DNA of 64,000 bases from Takakia lepidozioides (taxonomy: Eukaryota; Plantae; Bryophyta). A program made the translations under genes and the position numbers. The notes under the pieces are model-generated. The model saw only the letters and a list, made by a program, of their open reading frames with translations, did no database searches and was not told the DNA's origin. Location of the stretch: contig CM060733.1 of the NCBI GenBank assembly GCA_030704615.1, forward strand, positions 52,080,001 to 52,144,000, given 5' to 3'. Shown one piece after another: positions 40,801 through 51,900 of the stretch; within the stretch, counting starts at the first letter, position 1, and each line of letters opens with the position of its first letter.

Positions 40801-43314
40801 TTAGCCATTTTCGGGCTAAGTCCCTAGGCTGGCCCGGAACTGGAAATTCGGCGCCATTTCCAGTTCTAGGCCCTATTGCCGTTCAGGGACTTAGCCATTT
40901 TCGGGCTAAGTCCCTAGGGTGGCTGGCCCTGAACTGGAAATTCGGCGCCATTTTCCAGTTCTAGGCCCTATTGCCCAGGGACTTAGCCATTTTCGGGCTA
41001 AGTCCTAGGGTGGCTGGGAACTGGAAATTCGGCGAGGCCTAGGGACTTAGCCATTTTTTTTTCACCCCTTATTCGGCGAGGGTCCCATTTCGGACCTCAG
41101 TTTTTCATGAATGCAGGTACTGTAAGTTCTTTTGGAGAAAGGTCATCTGTCTTTCGAGCCACCATTCTTCCTGGCATGGAGGAAACCCTGGGGCTGACTC
41201 CATGTACACTGACGATATTGTGAAGGAGTGGCATCTGGAACATTTGCGTGATTGCCCTTGGTATGTGGACCTTCCGCCCGGCTCGCTCGACCCATCCGAG
41301 TTTCAATTGAAGCTGGATGCTGAATTCCGACGAAACCGGGCTCCGCTGCCTCCGTTGGGTGCAAAAGAGGCAAAAGCGCTTGCGAACTCCAGGAAAGCGG
41401 CAGAGCTTGCTCAGGCAGGAATTCAGGAGAAATTGCATGAGAAGAGTAAAGGTCAAAGGAAAAGGACAAGGAAACAGGTGACTGCAGTACACCCCAAAAA
41501 GAAGAAAACCATCGGGGCATCGGAGGAGGCGCAGGAGGGGACCCAAGAGAGTGACTCCGACGCCGATTTTGTTCAAGGTCCTGCGACTGCTGTTGCTCCT
41601 ACCCAGTCACCGGTCGTCCGGGTTCCCAAGTCAGTTCGGAGTGGGACTGGCTCTGCCAAGAAGTTGGCATTTGAGGGCGAGCCTACACGGCGGTATTCGG
41701 CGGTGACGTTTACGCACAGGCCAAAGCTAGAACCTCCAACCATCATCCAATGCGTCAATGAGAGCTTCCTTGACGCTCTCGCTGCCAGGGCGAAGAAGGT
41801 GGCACACAACAAGTCTCTGGCGGAGCAGAAGGGGAAAGCCAAGAAGAGGGCTGGCGGTACAGAGCCTAAAGACACCCCTGGTTTGAAGCCATGATGGAAT
41901 TCTTCACGGCTGTGAGCACGAATTGCAAGAGCACTGGGGGGGGGTTGAGGTGGAGAGAGCTTGCGACATGATTCTCCTCGACATTCCAGATGGGGAGCTG
42001 CTGGAGGGCCTGGATGGTGTGCCCACCTGGAACAGGTTTACTGAGGACTACTGGAAAGCCGGGTTTGGGCTGGCGGGGATGCTTCTGGATGACGGTGGAT
42101 GTGTGGTTGTCCTTGCCACGAGAGGGAAGACCACAGAGAATGCGGTGGCAAGGTGGACACCGAAAAGTGTCACCCCGGTCCTCCTCAGAAAATGGTTCTG
42201 CATCAGTACGCAGGGGTTGCGAACAGAGGGCCAAAGTGTAAGTTATCAATCTATTGCATTCACTTCATATTGTGGTGTATGTTAAGTAGACCCTGGATTG
42301 ATCCCTTCTTTGTTGGATGTGCAGACATTGGTGTTTGAGGCATATTGCTTTGTGAAGAGAGGGTCTACGTTCAAATTCCGCAACGACGGTCGTCTTGTTG
42401 ATGCCGCTGTGGACCCTGTAACCTACGATGTCCTCTACAACTATGTGCCCCACTCTAGTATGCCGAAGGACACAAAGACAGGCAAACCGTGGCGGTACAG
42501 CCGGACCCGGAGCCCTGCTTTCATCCAAACCCTCATGGAGACGTGCTCGGATGTCCAAGGGCGGATTCTGGACCTCACATGCGGCACGGGTAAGCCTTCA
42601 CGTGCTCAGTTTGTCCCCTGGCCCATTGCAATTGCATGCCGCAAGCTATTAACCGCCCGCTTTGTTCCTCAGGTGCTTCAATGTGGGCAGGGACGTTGTC
42701 CGACAGGCATGTGTTCGCCTTCGAGCCAGATACTGCCCTCCACAACTCGGAACTTGCAGCGGCTGAACGTCTGCCGAAAGAGGAAGAGGCATCCGGAGGA
42801 TGAGGAAAAATCCGAGAAGGAGCAGGGGGAGGAAGTTGGGATCGAGGCCGAGGAGCCCCCGGTTTACGAGTGAGTGGTGGCATTGTAAGTTGCCTCCAGA
42901 TTTTGTGAGGCACCTCCCTCCGCTCTCTTATTTCATTGAAAACCCTTTCTGGTTGTGCTGGTATTGACATTCTTCAAGTGGATTTGTTCTTACTGTAGGA
43001 TGCCAAGTACTGCCGGAGGGACGTCTACACCGGAGTTCATGGGCAGGAGGAACGTGCCTTTTTTTGCCAGGGGGGATTTCATGCCTAGTCCAGAAAGGGA
43101 GTACATCCTTCCTACTTATGCTGCCCGGCTTGCTTCGGTGTCCATTAGGAGGTGTCCGAACGTAGTCGTACAGCAGATTTTAGACGAGGCAAGCCTCAAG
43201 AAAATGAAGATGAGGGAGGAGGCAGCAGCTATTAGAGCCCGTCGGGCTCGTAGATTTGTGTTGGATTTGCTGAGGAAAGTGGGGGAGAAGACGCAGAAGA
43301 TTCCCAGGAGGTGA
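37890..43314 (+). CDS. Multi-exon ParB/Srx-like plus beta-class N6/N4 DNA methyltransferase-like gene (element A), with frameshifts; 5' boundary approximate
   Basis: IPLCRLVSLQVVRPALPGDIDKLK...MFYVWDGNHRLLAW (WDGNHR at 39001-39018), CDMILLDIPDG (DIPDG at 41980-41994), and RSPAFIQTLMETCSDVQGRILDLTCGTG | intron 42590-42672 | ASMWAGTLSDRHVFAFEPD. Collinear with the element B gene. Confidence 0.85.
40430..41095. repeat. Intronic tandem array of double-hairpin units in element A
   Basis: Unit contains AGGGACTTAGCC-ATTTTCG-GGCTAAGTCCCT and AACTGGAAATTCGGCGCCATTTTCCAGTT. Confidence 0.9.
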
Positions 43315-43685
43315 GGTGGACAGTCCCCCAAGGAGAGGACGGGATTTTTGAGAGGCATAGTGGAACTGATGCATCACAGAGCTCGGAGGATGAGGGGGAT
43401 GAGGGGGGGATGAGGAAGAAGGTGGGGCAAGTTCCTCGGAGGGTGTAGGAGAGTAGTGCCCATTCCGGCTATGACAGTTAGAACACACTTGTATAGACGT
43501 GGCTTGCCACAAAATTTGCAATAAAATGTTGCATTTCAAGTCCACTGGTGCCACATTCCAACTTCACATGACCCTATTTCCGTGCCTCCTAACCCTATTT
43601 CCGTGGACTCACAATGGTCTGCTCATGCTTTTTTTTTTTCCGCTCATGCTCATGCCGCTCATGAAATAGCAGCCCCCGTGTAGAG

Positions 43686-44110
43686 GAGCACTAGATGTGG
43701 TAGCTGGTATGGCATCCCCGTGCATAAGATTGTTGAAAACCTGGTGTGCAGCAGCACTAGATGTGGCAGCTGGTATGGCATCTCCCTGCATAAGATTGCG
43801 TCGTTTTCGCAACTTACCTCCAAGTGAGAAGGTAAAGTTGGGGCCGTATCGAGCTTGACCCTTTGCCAGCCCGTTGTTCCAATACAAGAACTTGATACTG
43901 TCCGACAGGCAGAAGCTCTCGAAAGCGCAAGAGAGACGGCGGCCTGGTGCTGATGGATTACCAAGGCGAGAAGAGATGTCCTGAGATGTCCTGACGTCGG
44001 ACAATATCAAGTTTTTCTGTATTGGAACAACGGCCTGACACCCGAAAGCGCAAGAGAGACGGCGGCTTAGCGCTGATGGACTACCAAGGCGAGAAGAGAT
44101 GTCCTCGTCA
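43686..44110 (-). pseudogene. Dof-like paralog, degenerate and interrupted by element A (3' remnant at about 30985-31027)
   Basis: CLSDSIKFLYWNNGLAKGQARYGPNFTFSLGGKLRKRRN; the left flank of element A matches 14275-14310. Confidence 0.8.
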
Positions 44111-47056
44111 GCAGAGCAGAGAGCAGAGCAGGGATGGAGCAGTTCCGCCATGCCATAGGATGAGAAAGTATTCCTGGATTGCAGAAGCTGAGAAAGACAG
44201 TTAGTTGTGATATTTATAAAGCCATTCCATTCTTGGAATACTATCCATCGGTCAGAAAAAGCACTTACACTGTCCTGATCATTAAGTTTATGCCCACAGA
44301 TAGTTCTCATCTAACCATTACTTGGAGATGATAGAAAAATGTTGAAGCCCAAAGATCCAACAGAGAGTCATAGCAAAATGAATGTTTCATAATTGGGTAC
44401 CTGTTGGATGAATCGGCATCTTGGGGGTTTGAAGGGTTAGCAGCAGACTGGCGAGATCACAATAACTTCAGAATGTTGGCCTAACAGAGTTATCCACATT
44501 GAGCCTACATCCATTGACCCCATCTGGAAATCGGTAATCTCTCAGTCTGCTGACTTCTTTTTAGAGCAACCATCTTTGTTTCAAAAACCAACGATAGCTC
44601 TAAGCAGAAACTTTATATAAGGTCCAATCACTTGCAAAGGTTGTGCACATGTGATTTTCCTTAGGGTTTGATCTTTGGCATGCTAGTTACGAAGCCTTAC
44701 TCTGAATGAACAAGTACCCCCAACTATTTAAGGATTTAAAGCCTCCCTCTCCGGACAACTCGTCCATCATTCTTCTGTATAAGGGAAATCTCCAGGGACT
44801 CTTTTCCTCCTCACATACCTATCCCCACTGTTACAGCAGATTGAGAAGTTGTAAGAAGAAACACCACCTTTGATGACAACCAGGCGCTCCTGGCCTATCC
44901 GCCAGCACCGTCCAACAGCCTGTTCCTCAAGCTGCACCATCCCAACCCTCCTGCATCAGCCTATGCAAGCATAATGAGAAGGCACTTCAAAACCACATAA
45001 ACCCTCCCTCAAGTTTGTTCCAAGATAATGTATTAGTTGTGAATGCAGGAGTCTGGATGACAGTGCAAGGTAGTTTATGCCCTACTTCTTGAATTCAGTT
45101 TTAAGCCATGTCATTGTCTGCATGAACTGGCTGAAGATGATCAGCACCTGCAAGTGTGGGGATGCACTGAGCACTTCAGTGTACTGGCACATGGTCTGCA
45201 AATCTCCATCTTCAAGTCATCATCTCCTCTTCACTGTTTTCCGCTCTCCGTTACGTTTCTTCCTCTCTTCCACAAGTCGCCATGCAAGCTGTAGAATTAT
45301 ACAGTAGGATAGAATAGAGACACCATGGCATAGGCATGATACATGATTAATCTTAATCCGATTCTGAATCGATACAAACATATTGTGTAGAGAGACACGA
45401 GAGAAGCTTGTGAAGAATGAAATGATTAACTGAAACTTAGTAGATACTGAAGCTGATGCTTCAGTATACACGGTAAGATAAATTGATAACATGAAGGCAG
45501 GAAGGAATACAAATAGGAAGCACAACCATGATTCACTAGCTGCAGGTCATGATTGATTGTTCTGAGCGGGCTGAGTGCTTAGAGATATTCAACTCTTCTA
45601 TCTTGGAGTCTCCACCCCGGATAGCGAAGGGATGGGTGAGTAAAAGCCGCTCGACATTTGGCGACCATACCGGGGAACTGGGTCATGAACAACTAGATGT
45701 GACAGGCATCTGGTGGGATCATGGTGGTTGGAGAATTAAAGAATTTGATGTGAATCAAATCCCCTGTGAAACTGAGAAGGAAAGATTGTCTAAACAATTC
45801 TTTCAGAGGTTCTTGGAATTGTCAGACGGTTGTAAAGAAAGAGTGCATGATGTTGACCCTGAGTGGGGTCTGGAGAAAGGAGTGATAAAGATTATCAGGT
45901 GGCTTGTAGAGGAAGAGCACGTCCCAGCCTTCAAACTCTACTCACTTAATGGATAGCAATGCTATCACATAAAACGGTGTTGGTAAATACTCATATGCAT
46001 GAGGAGCTTGTTCTGGTAAAGAATTGGATTCCAAAGGATATTTTGTGGATCAAACTCACACCAAGAACAGCTTTCCAGACTTGTTTGCCATATGGTTATA
46101 TGGTAACAGAGACTTCTAGTATAGCCAAGGGTGCATTGAAGCTTGAAAGAAACCCAGGCATATACGAGAGATACTACAGAAGAGAGTTTTGGTTATTGCC
46201 ACATTAAGGAAATGAAAGACATGGGACATGAGTGATGAAAGAGAAGCTAGACTCCAGAGATATTCAGCAAAAAGAGAAAGTTATTTGAAAGCTAATTATC
46301 CATATCTTTGGGAGAGAGGAATAGACATAGGGGAATCATCTGGACCTCTCACACCATTAAGATCAGAGAATACATCACCCATACCGGAAGAACTAGAGTT
46401 GGATGTCACTCCTTCTTTTTCTTTGCAAGAAATATTAAGGGAATTGGTACAGGAAGAAGATCAACCACGAGGTGAAAGTGAGGTACATCCCTGGATAAAA
46501 GATTTGACATAAATCTTTGATAAGAGTTGGCATGGAACACCAAAAGCAGGAACTCCAGTTCTGAAGACGGAAGAGGAGGAGGAGGAGAGGATGTGGCAGA
46601 ACCAACAGAGAGTTCAGACTCTCCAACACCATTGCAATTGAGTTACATGAGTGAAGAAGAGAAAACCCAAGGGCAAAACTTGGAAGATGAAAACAGAGAG
46701 AAGAAATTGGAAGAGGAAGAATATGAAAAAGTAGACCCAACAGCTGAGGTTGAGACTACAACCAGGACATCCCAACCCGTTGGACCTGGATCAAGTGGAG
46801 CACTTGGATCACAGGCCAACGAAGGTGTCGGCTCAGGGGGATTAGGCGGGCAGCCTGGATCTAGCTCTGGGGGGACAGGGAGTGTGGGAAGTAGTGCAAC
46901 TGGAGCTGGGAATACTGTGAATATAGTGGGGCCAGTAGCAGGGAGTGCTCAGGGCCAGCACTCGGTGGAAGTACCACCACAACTACAACAGGTCCTCAAG
47001 GACCAGCACCAGCAAGGGGGCCAGCACCTGTCAGTGGGCAGGAGGTAGGGCCACAG

Positions 47057-48542
47057 ATGGCGCTACAACCAACACGGGCAAAACCACTTTTTCCAATATA
47101 TTCAGGAAAAGGGGATCCTGATGTACACATTAGCCAATTTGAACACATGTGTATTGTGAACAATGAGAATGGCGATGATGACCAGATGAGACTGTTTCCT
47201 TGTTCACTTATAAAGAAAGCAAGTGAATGGTATGCTAGATTCCCTGATAATCATTTCCTAACCTGGAATGGCTTGAATACAACATTCCGGAATAGGTTTA
47301 GGACAAGTAAAACTGAGGATGAAGTGTATGGAAGTTTATAACAGTTAAAGCAAAAGAAGCATGAAACTGTTGAGGAGTATATGGAAAAGATGGCATTGAT
47401 GATGAAAAAACTTGGTGCTGTACCAGCACCAAGTTTACAGAAGACTTGGTTTGTGAGTGGATTAAGACCAGAGTTGCAAAAGAAAGTGGATATGTTACCC
47501 CATAATACAGTGGAGGAGGCATTTGAAACAGCGAACAGAATTGAGCAATTGGGAATGCTCAGGAGAGAGAAAATGGATGATGAGAACTCTGAGGATAAGG
47601 AAGAAGAGCAAGAGCTGAAAAGGAAGAGTAAGAGGAAGGAAAAGTTGAAGAGGGATAACTATGAGAAAAGATTAGAAGAAATCTTAAAGAAGTATGCCAC
47701 AGAGGCTGCAACACATTGGAGGAAGGGTGTTTGGTGTGTGTGCAAAGTGCCAGAATGAAGGCCATACCACCACTGAATGCCACATGAAGGAGAAACACTG
47801 TACTATCTGTAAAATGGATAACCATTCTACTGAGAATTGTTACTACAACAGAAGGACAGCAGCAAGAGAACCTAGGCAAGTAAGGTTGCATCAACTACAG
47901 CCCCAGCCAAGAAGAAACACCACTATGGTAGGCCTGGTGGTTATAACAATGGCATGGAAGGGAGAGGTAATCCAAGAGGGACTTACCAAGGAAATTCCAG
48001 AGGCAACTATCAGGGTAATCCAAGGGGGGATTACCAGCCAGAGAATCAGGATTACAGAAACAATCCCAGAACAGACCAAGGGCGAGGACCTAATGGGGAA
48101 GAACTGTGTTACTATTGTAATCAGGCAGGACATTGCAAGGCAGCCTGTCCATTCTGGATCAGACACCAGAAGAGAAGAGGAAGTGAGTGAGGATGAAGGG
48201 AAGAAAGAAGCTGCAGAAATGCAGAGTAATGAAGGGACTTTGGCTGAAGTAATATGCCAGTCCAAAGCAGAGATTACCATTGGACAACTATTGGCTGTGG
48301 CACCTTATTGTAGACACAGGCTGTATCAAGCAATCAATCGAATTGCCCATCTGTCAGGGAACACAGACCTGAACAACAAGGTGACCAGTTATAATGTGAA
48401 GTCGGAAGGGTGAGAAACAGTCATGGACTTTGATGATTCTATGCTAGTAATCCAAGTGAGAATTGGAAGCACAGAACTAACTGATGTACTGATAGATGGA
48501 GGCTCTGGAGTGAATATCATGACAGACCAATTAAGGCAGAAG
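47057..48542 (+). pseudogene. gypsy gag and protease N-half
   Basis: YSGKGDPDVHISQF...LFPCSLIKKASEWY; CAKCQNEGHTTTEC, CTICKMDNHSTENC, CYYCNQAGHCKAAC; VLIDGGSGVNIMTDQLRQK. Frameshifted. Confidence 0.88.
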
Positions 48543-48989
48543 GGGGAATGCTTGCGCGTGAGCCTGGCCGCTTGAGCCTGTGAGCCTGGCTAGGCTCACG
48601 CCACGTCAGCAAGCATCCACGTGTTCAGGCCCTATTTCCGTGCTCCCCCCCCCCCCCCCCATTACCGCGGATCAGCTGTCGCCTATGTCCTAATTTTTTA
48701 TCCCTCTTCATTGCCCCCACATGAATATTCTTTGTGGCCGAGAACAATGGCAGGTTTGCGGATGAATTATGATTGAGGTCATGACTTTGGAATGAGGAGA
48801 TCGCCCACTAGAGAACTGAATATTAAAAGCAAACATTTTTTTTTGGCAAAGCAGTACATTCATTCCAACACACAAACATTTTTCAATTCCGCAATCCGAA
48901 GACCTACCCTAGGCAATCCCTAACTACTTAGGGAACGCGCAAAGAACTTGAAAAACAGTTTGGGGATGGAAGCAAAACCAAAACACAAT

Positions 48990-51900
48990 TTATTGAGCCT
49001 CGGTACTTGAACCTAAGGAAATATTGGAGGTTTCAGAGGAACCACTTCCAGAGTTTACAACAATATCATCTATGAATACAGCAGCACATCCATGACGTTT
49101 TTTTTTTCCACGACCTTCATGGAGATGCAAATACAGTGTTTGTTCGGATAACACCCGTGCGCAAGCTTCCGCGTAAACCGGCAAGCGGTTGGATCTAGGG
49201 GGACTCGGGGACATGTAGTATCCTTGGAAACCGAAAGGTGTCTGCTGATTCGATGACTGGTGCCGAACTCTGAAAAGCAGAAGATGAATGGTGGTAGATG
49301 TTAACATCCAGATATAGACAATGTAAGCCACTATTTGGCGAACGGGAACGACACAAGGAAATGCAACATATTTTGCACGACTACAGAAGAACTTACTCAC
49401 ACTCAAAATCGGAGTCCACGTCCAGATCCGTCACGCGCTTCGGGCTCCTCCAGAAGTCCCTCTGTGGATGGGGCAGAAGTAGTGCCCGACTCAAGCTGAC
49501 GAAGCTCGCTTGAGAAGAGCTCCGTATCAGCTTCCATGCCGAAGAAGTGCCTTCCGGCGCTCTTGCAAGCATGAAAACATGCTCCTGCAAATCCAAGAAG
49601 AACGAGAAATAAAAACAGGGTTTCCCTAAGGTCACTGCCCATATGTCAAACACAATGTGAAAGGCCCCACCTGTGCCCATAGACAAGTCAACCACTTGCC
49701 CACCATGACGGCTGCATGTCTCCACCAAAGTCTGCATGAAAGTTGGAGATTTCTCCCGTGCACCTCTCCAAGGGACACCAATCGACCTTTTCATAGTTTG
49801 ACCTGAGTCGACGTAATTGAAGATAACATCATCCTCCACAGGCTCGCAGGTGGGGTCAATGTGAGCTGCAAGGTCCCTCAACTGAAACTCAGCAACACCA
49901 GGAGGAAGAGTGTCCTTCCGCCTCACCAGGCACAAAGCTTCGAACACCCGTGTCTATCAATAATCACGAAGAGAGCATGAGACAGAAGACATAACCCACC
50001 ATTTTGATTTACCGAAAAACCACGAAACATCAATTGAAAGGAACCAACTCACTTTCTGCCCCGGGGACTCGCCCTTCGTAAGAGGCAGAGTATTGATGCA
50101 TGTCCAAGTTTTGATGACACGAAACCGGAAGCTTTCATGTAGCTGAAAAGAGTTTCTTCGAGCCGACATGTCCTTTGACTGCATGAGAAGAAGAGCCCCC
50201 GAGTCCGAAAGGAATTTGTTGCTGAACGAGAAAGCCCACTGCCAGTAACGAGAATCCGATTTGTTCCAAGTCGGGGTCGAATTGGAAGGGAACACATCAG
50301 GGACAGGAAAACCGTCAGGAATGTCCAGCACCACAAGGTCAGTCGCGTATGCCTGCTGAACTCCATTCACCCATTCCGGACTTTTTGTGACCTATAGCAA
50401 AAAACAGGAGACAGTGTAAGAAGCCCAATCCAAATCTAACAGGAGATCAATCCCCTGGACAAGCCACAACAAGTTGCCAAAACACAATTATTCATACAAC
50501 AGTTTAGACATAAGTGCTTACCTGAGTGAGGAACGAAACAAGCATGTCCCATGATTTCGAGGGCACCCCTTTGAATGTGGACTTCCTGGACTCCATCATT
50601 GCAAGAAAACTTTCATTCAGCACCTTACGATTGAACTGGCCCAAAACCCTGGAGGGATGTTCTCTCGCCTCGAAAACATGCTCCCTCGGCTTTGATGTTC
50701 TCTATCCCTCCTTGTGGGAGAAGGTTGTCTTTCAGGAACCTCTGACGGTCCTGTCCTTGCGGAGCTGCACTTTTCCCCTTCCCTTCGGATCCCCGACAAT
50801 CTTCCCCTTTCGTTTTGGAGTAGCAGTTTTCTCGGGCTCTTTTGCAGCCAGAGCAGAAATGATTCTGTCCTGGATGTCTTTGTCAGCCAATGGGGCGCTG
50901 CGGCATTGTCGTTCAGGTTTCTCAAAACAACTTCATCGAATGGTGTGTCTGTTTTGTTTTGGCGAGGTGTACCACCCACAGTCTGAAGTGCGCCCTGCTC
51001 CAGTCTCTGGCAATACCAGCCGTGTACATTGTCTTGTCATTGGAGGGTCAGCCCACAAATAGATGAAGTCTGGGTCATCGCTAAGGTACTTTCCCGGTAT
51101 GAGGATATGATACATATACCTGAATCACACACCAAAAACCCAGACAGTCATTCGATCTGAAAATGAAAATGAACACATCCGGAAAAAGATATTGAAATGC
51201 AGGAAGGCAACACTCAGAAATGAACTTTTGCAATCCCGAATCAACCTTGCGTTGACGCAATGTTGATTCGAGCAAAAATGGGAAACACCAAATGATAATG
51301 TTGTATTGATAGAGACAACGACTGACAAGCGCAATTCAACATTGCTTCAAAGCAAGGTTGTTTTCATTCACAGAGGAAATGGAAAACACTGCTTGAAAAC
51401 TACCATGTGACTATGTACTGGTGCGGATATTCAACATTGCGTTGGCGCAATGTTGAAATCCTCTGTTGAAACACATGTCAATGGTATCTGATAATCATAA
51501 GTTTCCTACAATTGTATGGAAATCGGGAGATTGCTGCGGGACATTTTCAGCAATCCATACCGCCAAACAACGTTGCGTCAACGCAAGTCTGTTTGTTGGT
51601 ACAGTGAAAGCTGTAAATAGCATTTCAAACAGACTCCAAACAGTCTTATGTTCATCTTGGCAGCATTTGAACTACCCAAAACCACAGGAAAAGCTACATA
51701 GCCTGCCACTTCATCAACCTTGCGTTGACGCAAGGCTGATTTTCCTGTCAGTTTATCCCCTTTCACATGCAGAAAAATGGCATTATGGGATACCCTGGTA
51801 TAGGTAACTGAAACCGGGACAATGGGATACAACCTTGCGTTAACGCAATGCTTGCTCACTGTTGTACTGGTTTTTTATCCGGGGGCAAGCCATCTGGATT

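Larger units (their letters stand above)
31028..43677. mobile_element. Element A: 12.65-kb MULE carrying a transposase and a ParB-MTase gene
   Basis: TIRs GAGGTTTGCTATTTCATGAGC / reverse complement GGGGGCTGCTATTTCATGAGC. TSD GTGTAGAG (31020-31027, 43678-43685). It splits a Dof-like paralog, and the same left end recurs at 63632. Confidence 0.92.

Noticed and set aside
37890-43314. Bacterial or phage contamination as the source of ParB-MTase
   Set aside because: Conserved spliceosomal introns, and TSD-bounded insertion into plant-type sequences.
48645-48660. Poly-C run (G-quadruplex potential) near the element B end
   Set aside because: Single homopolymer of uncertain length, not conserved in A or C.
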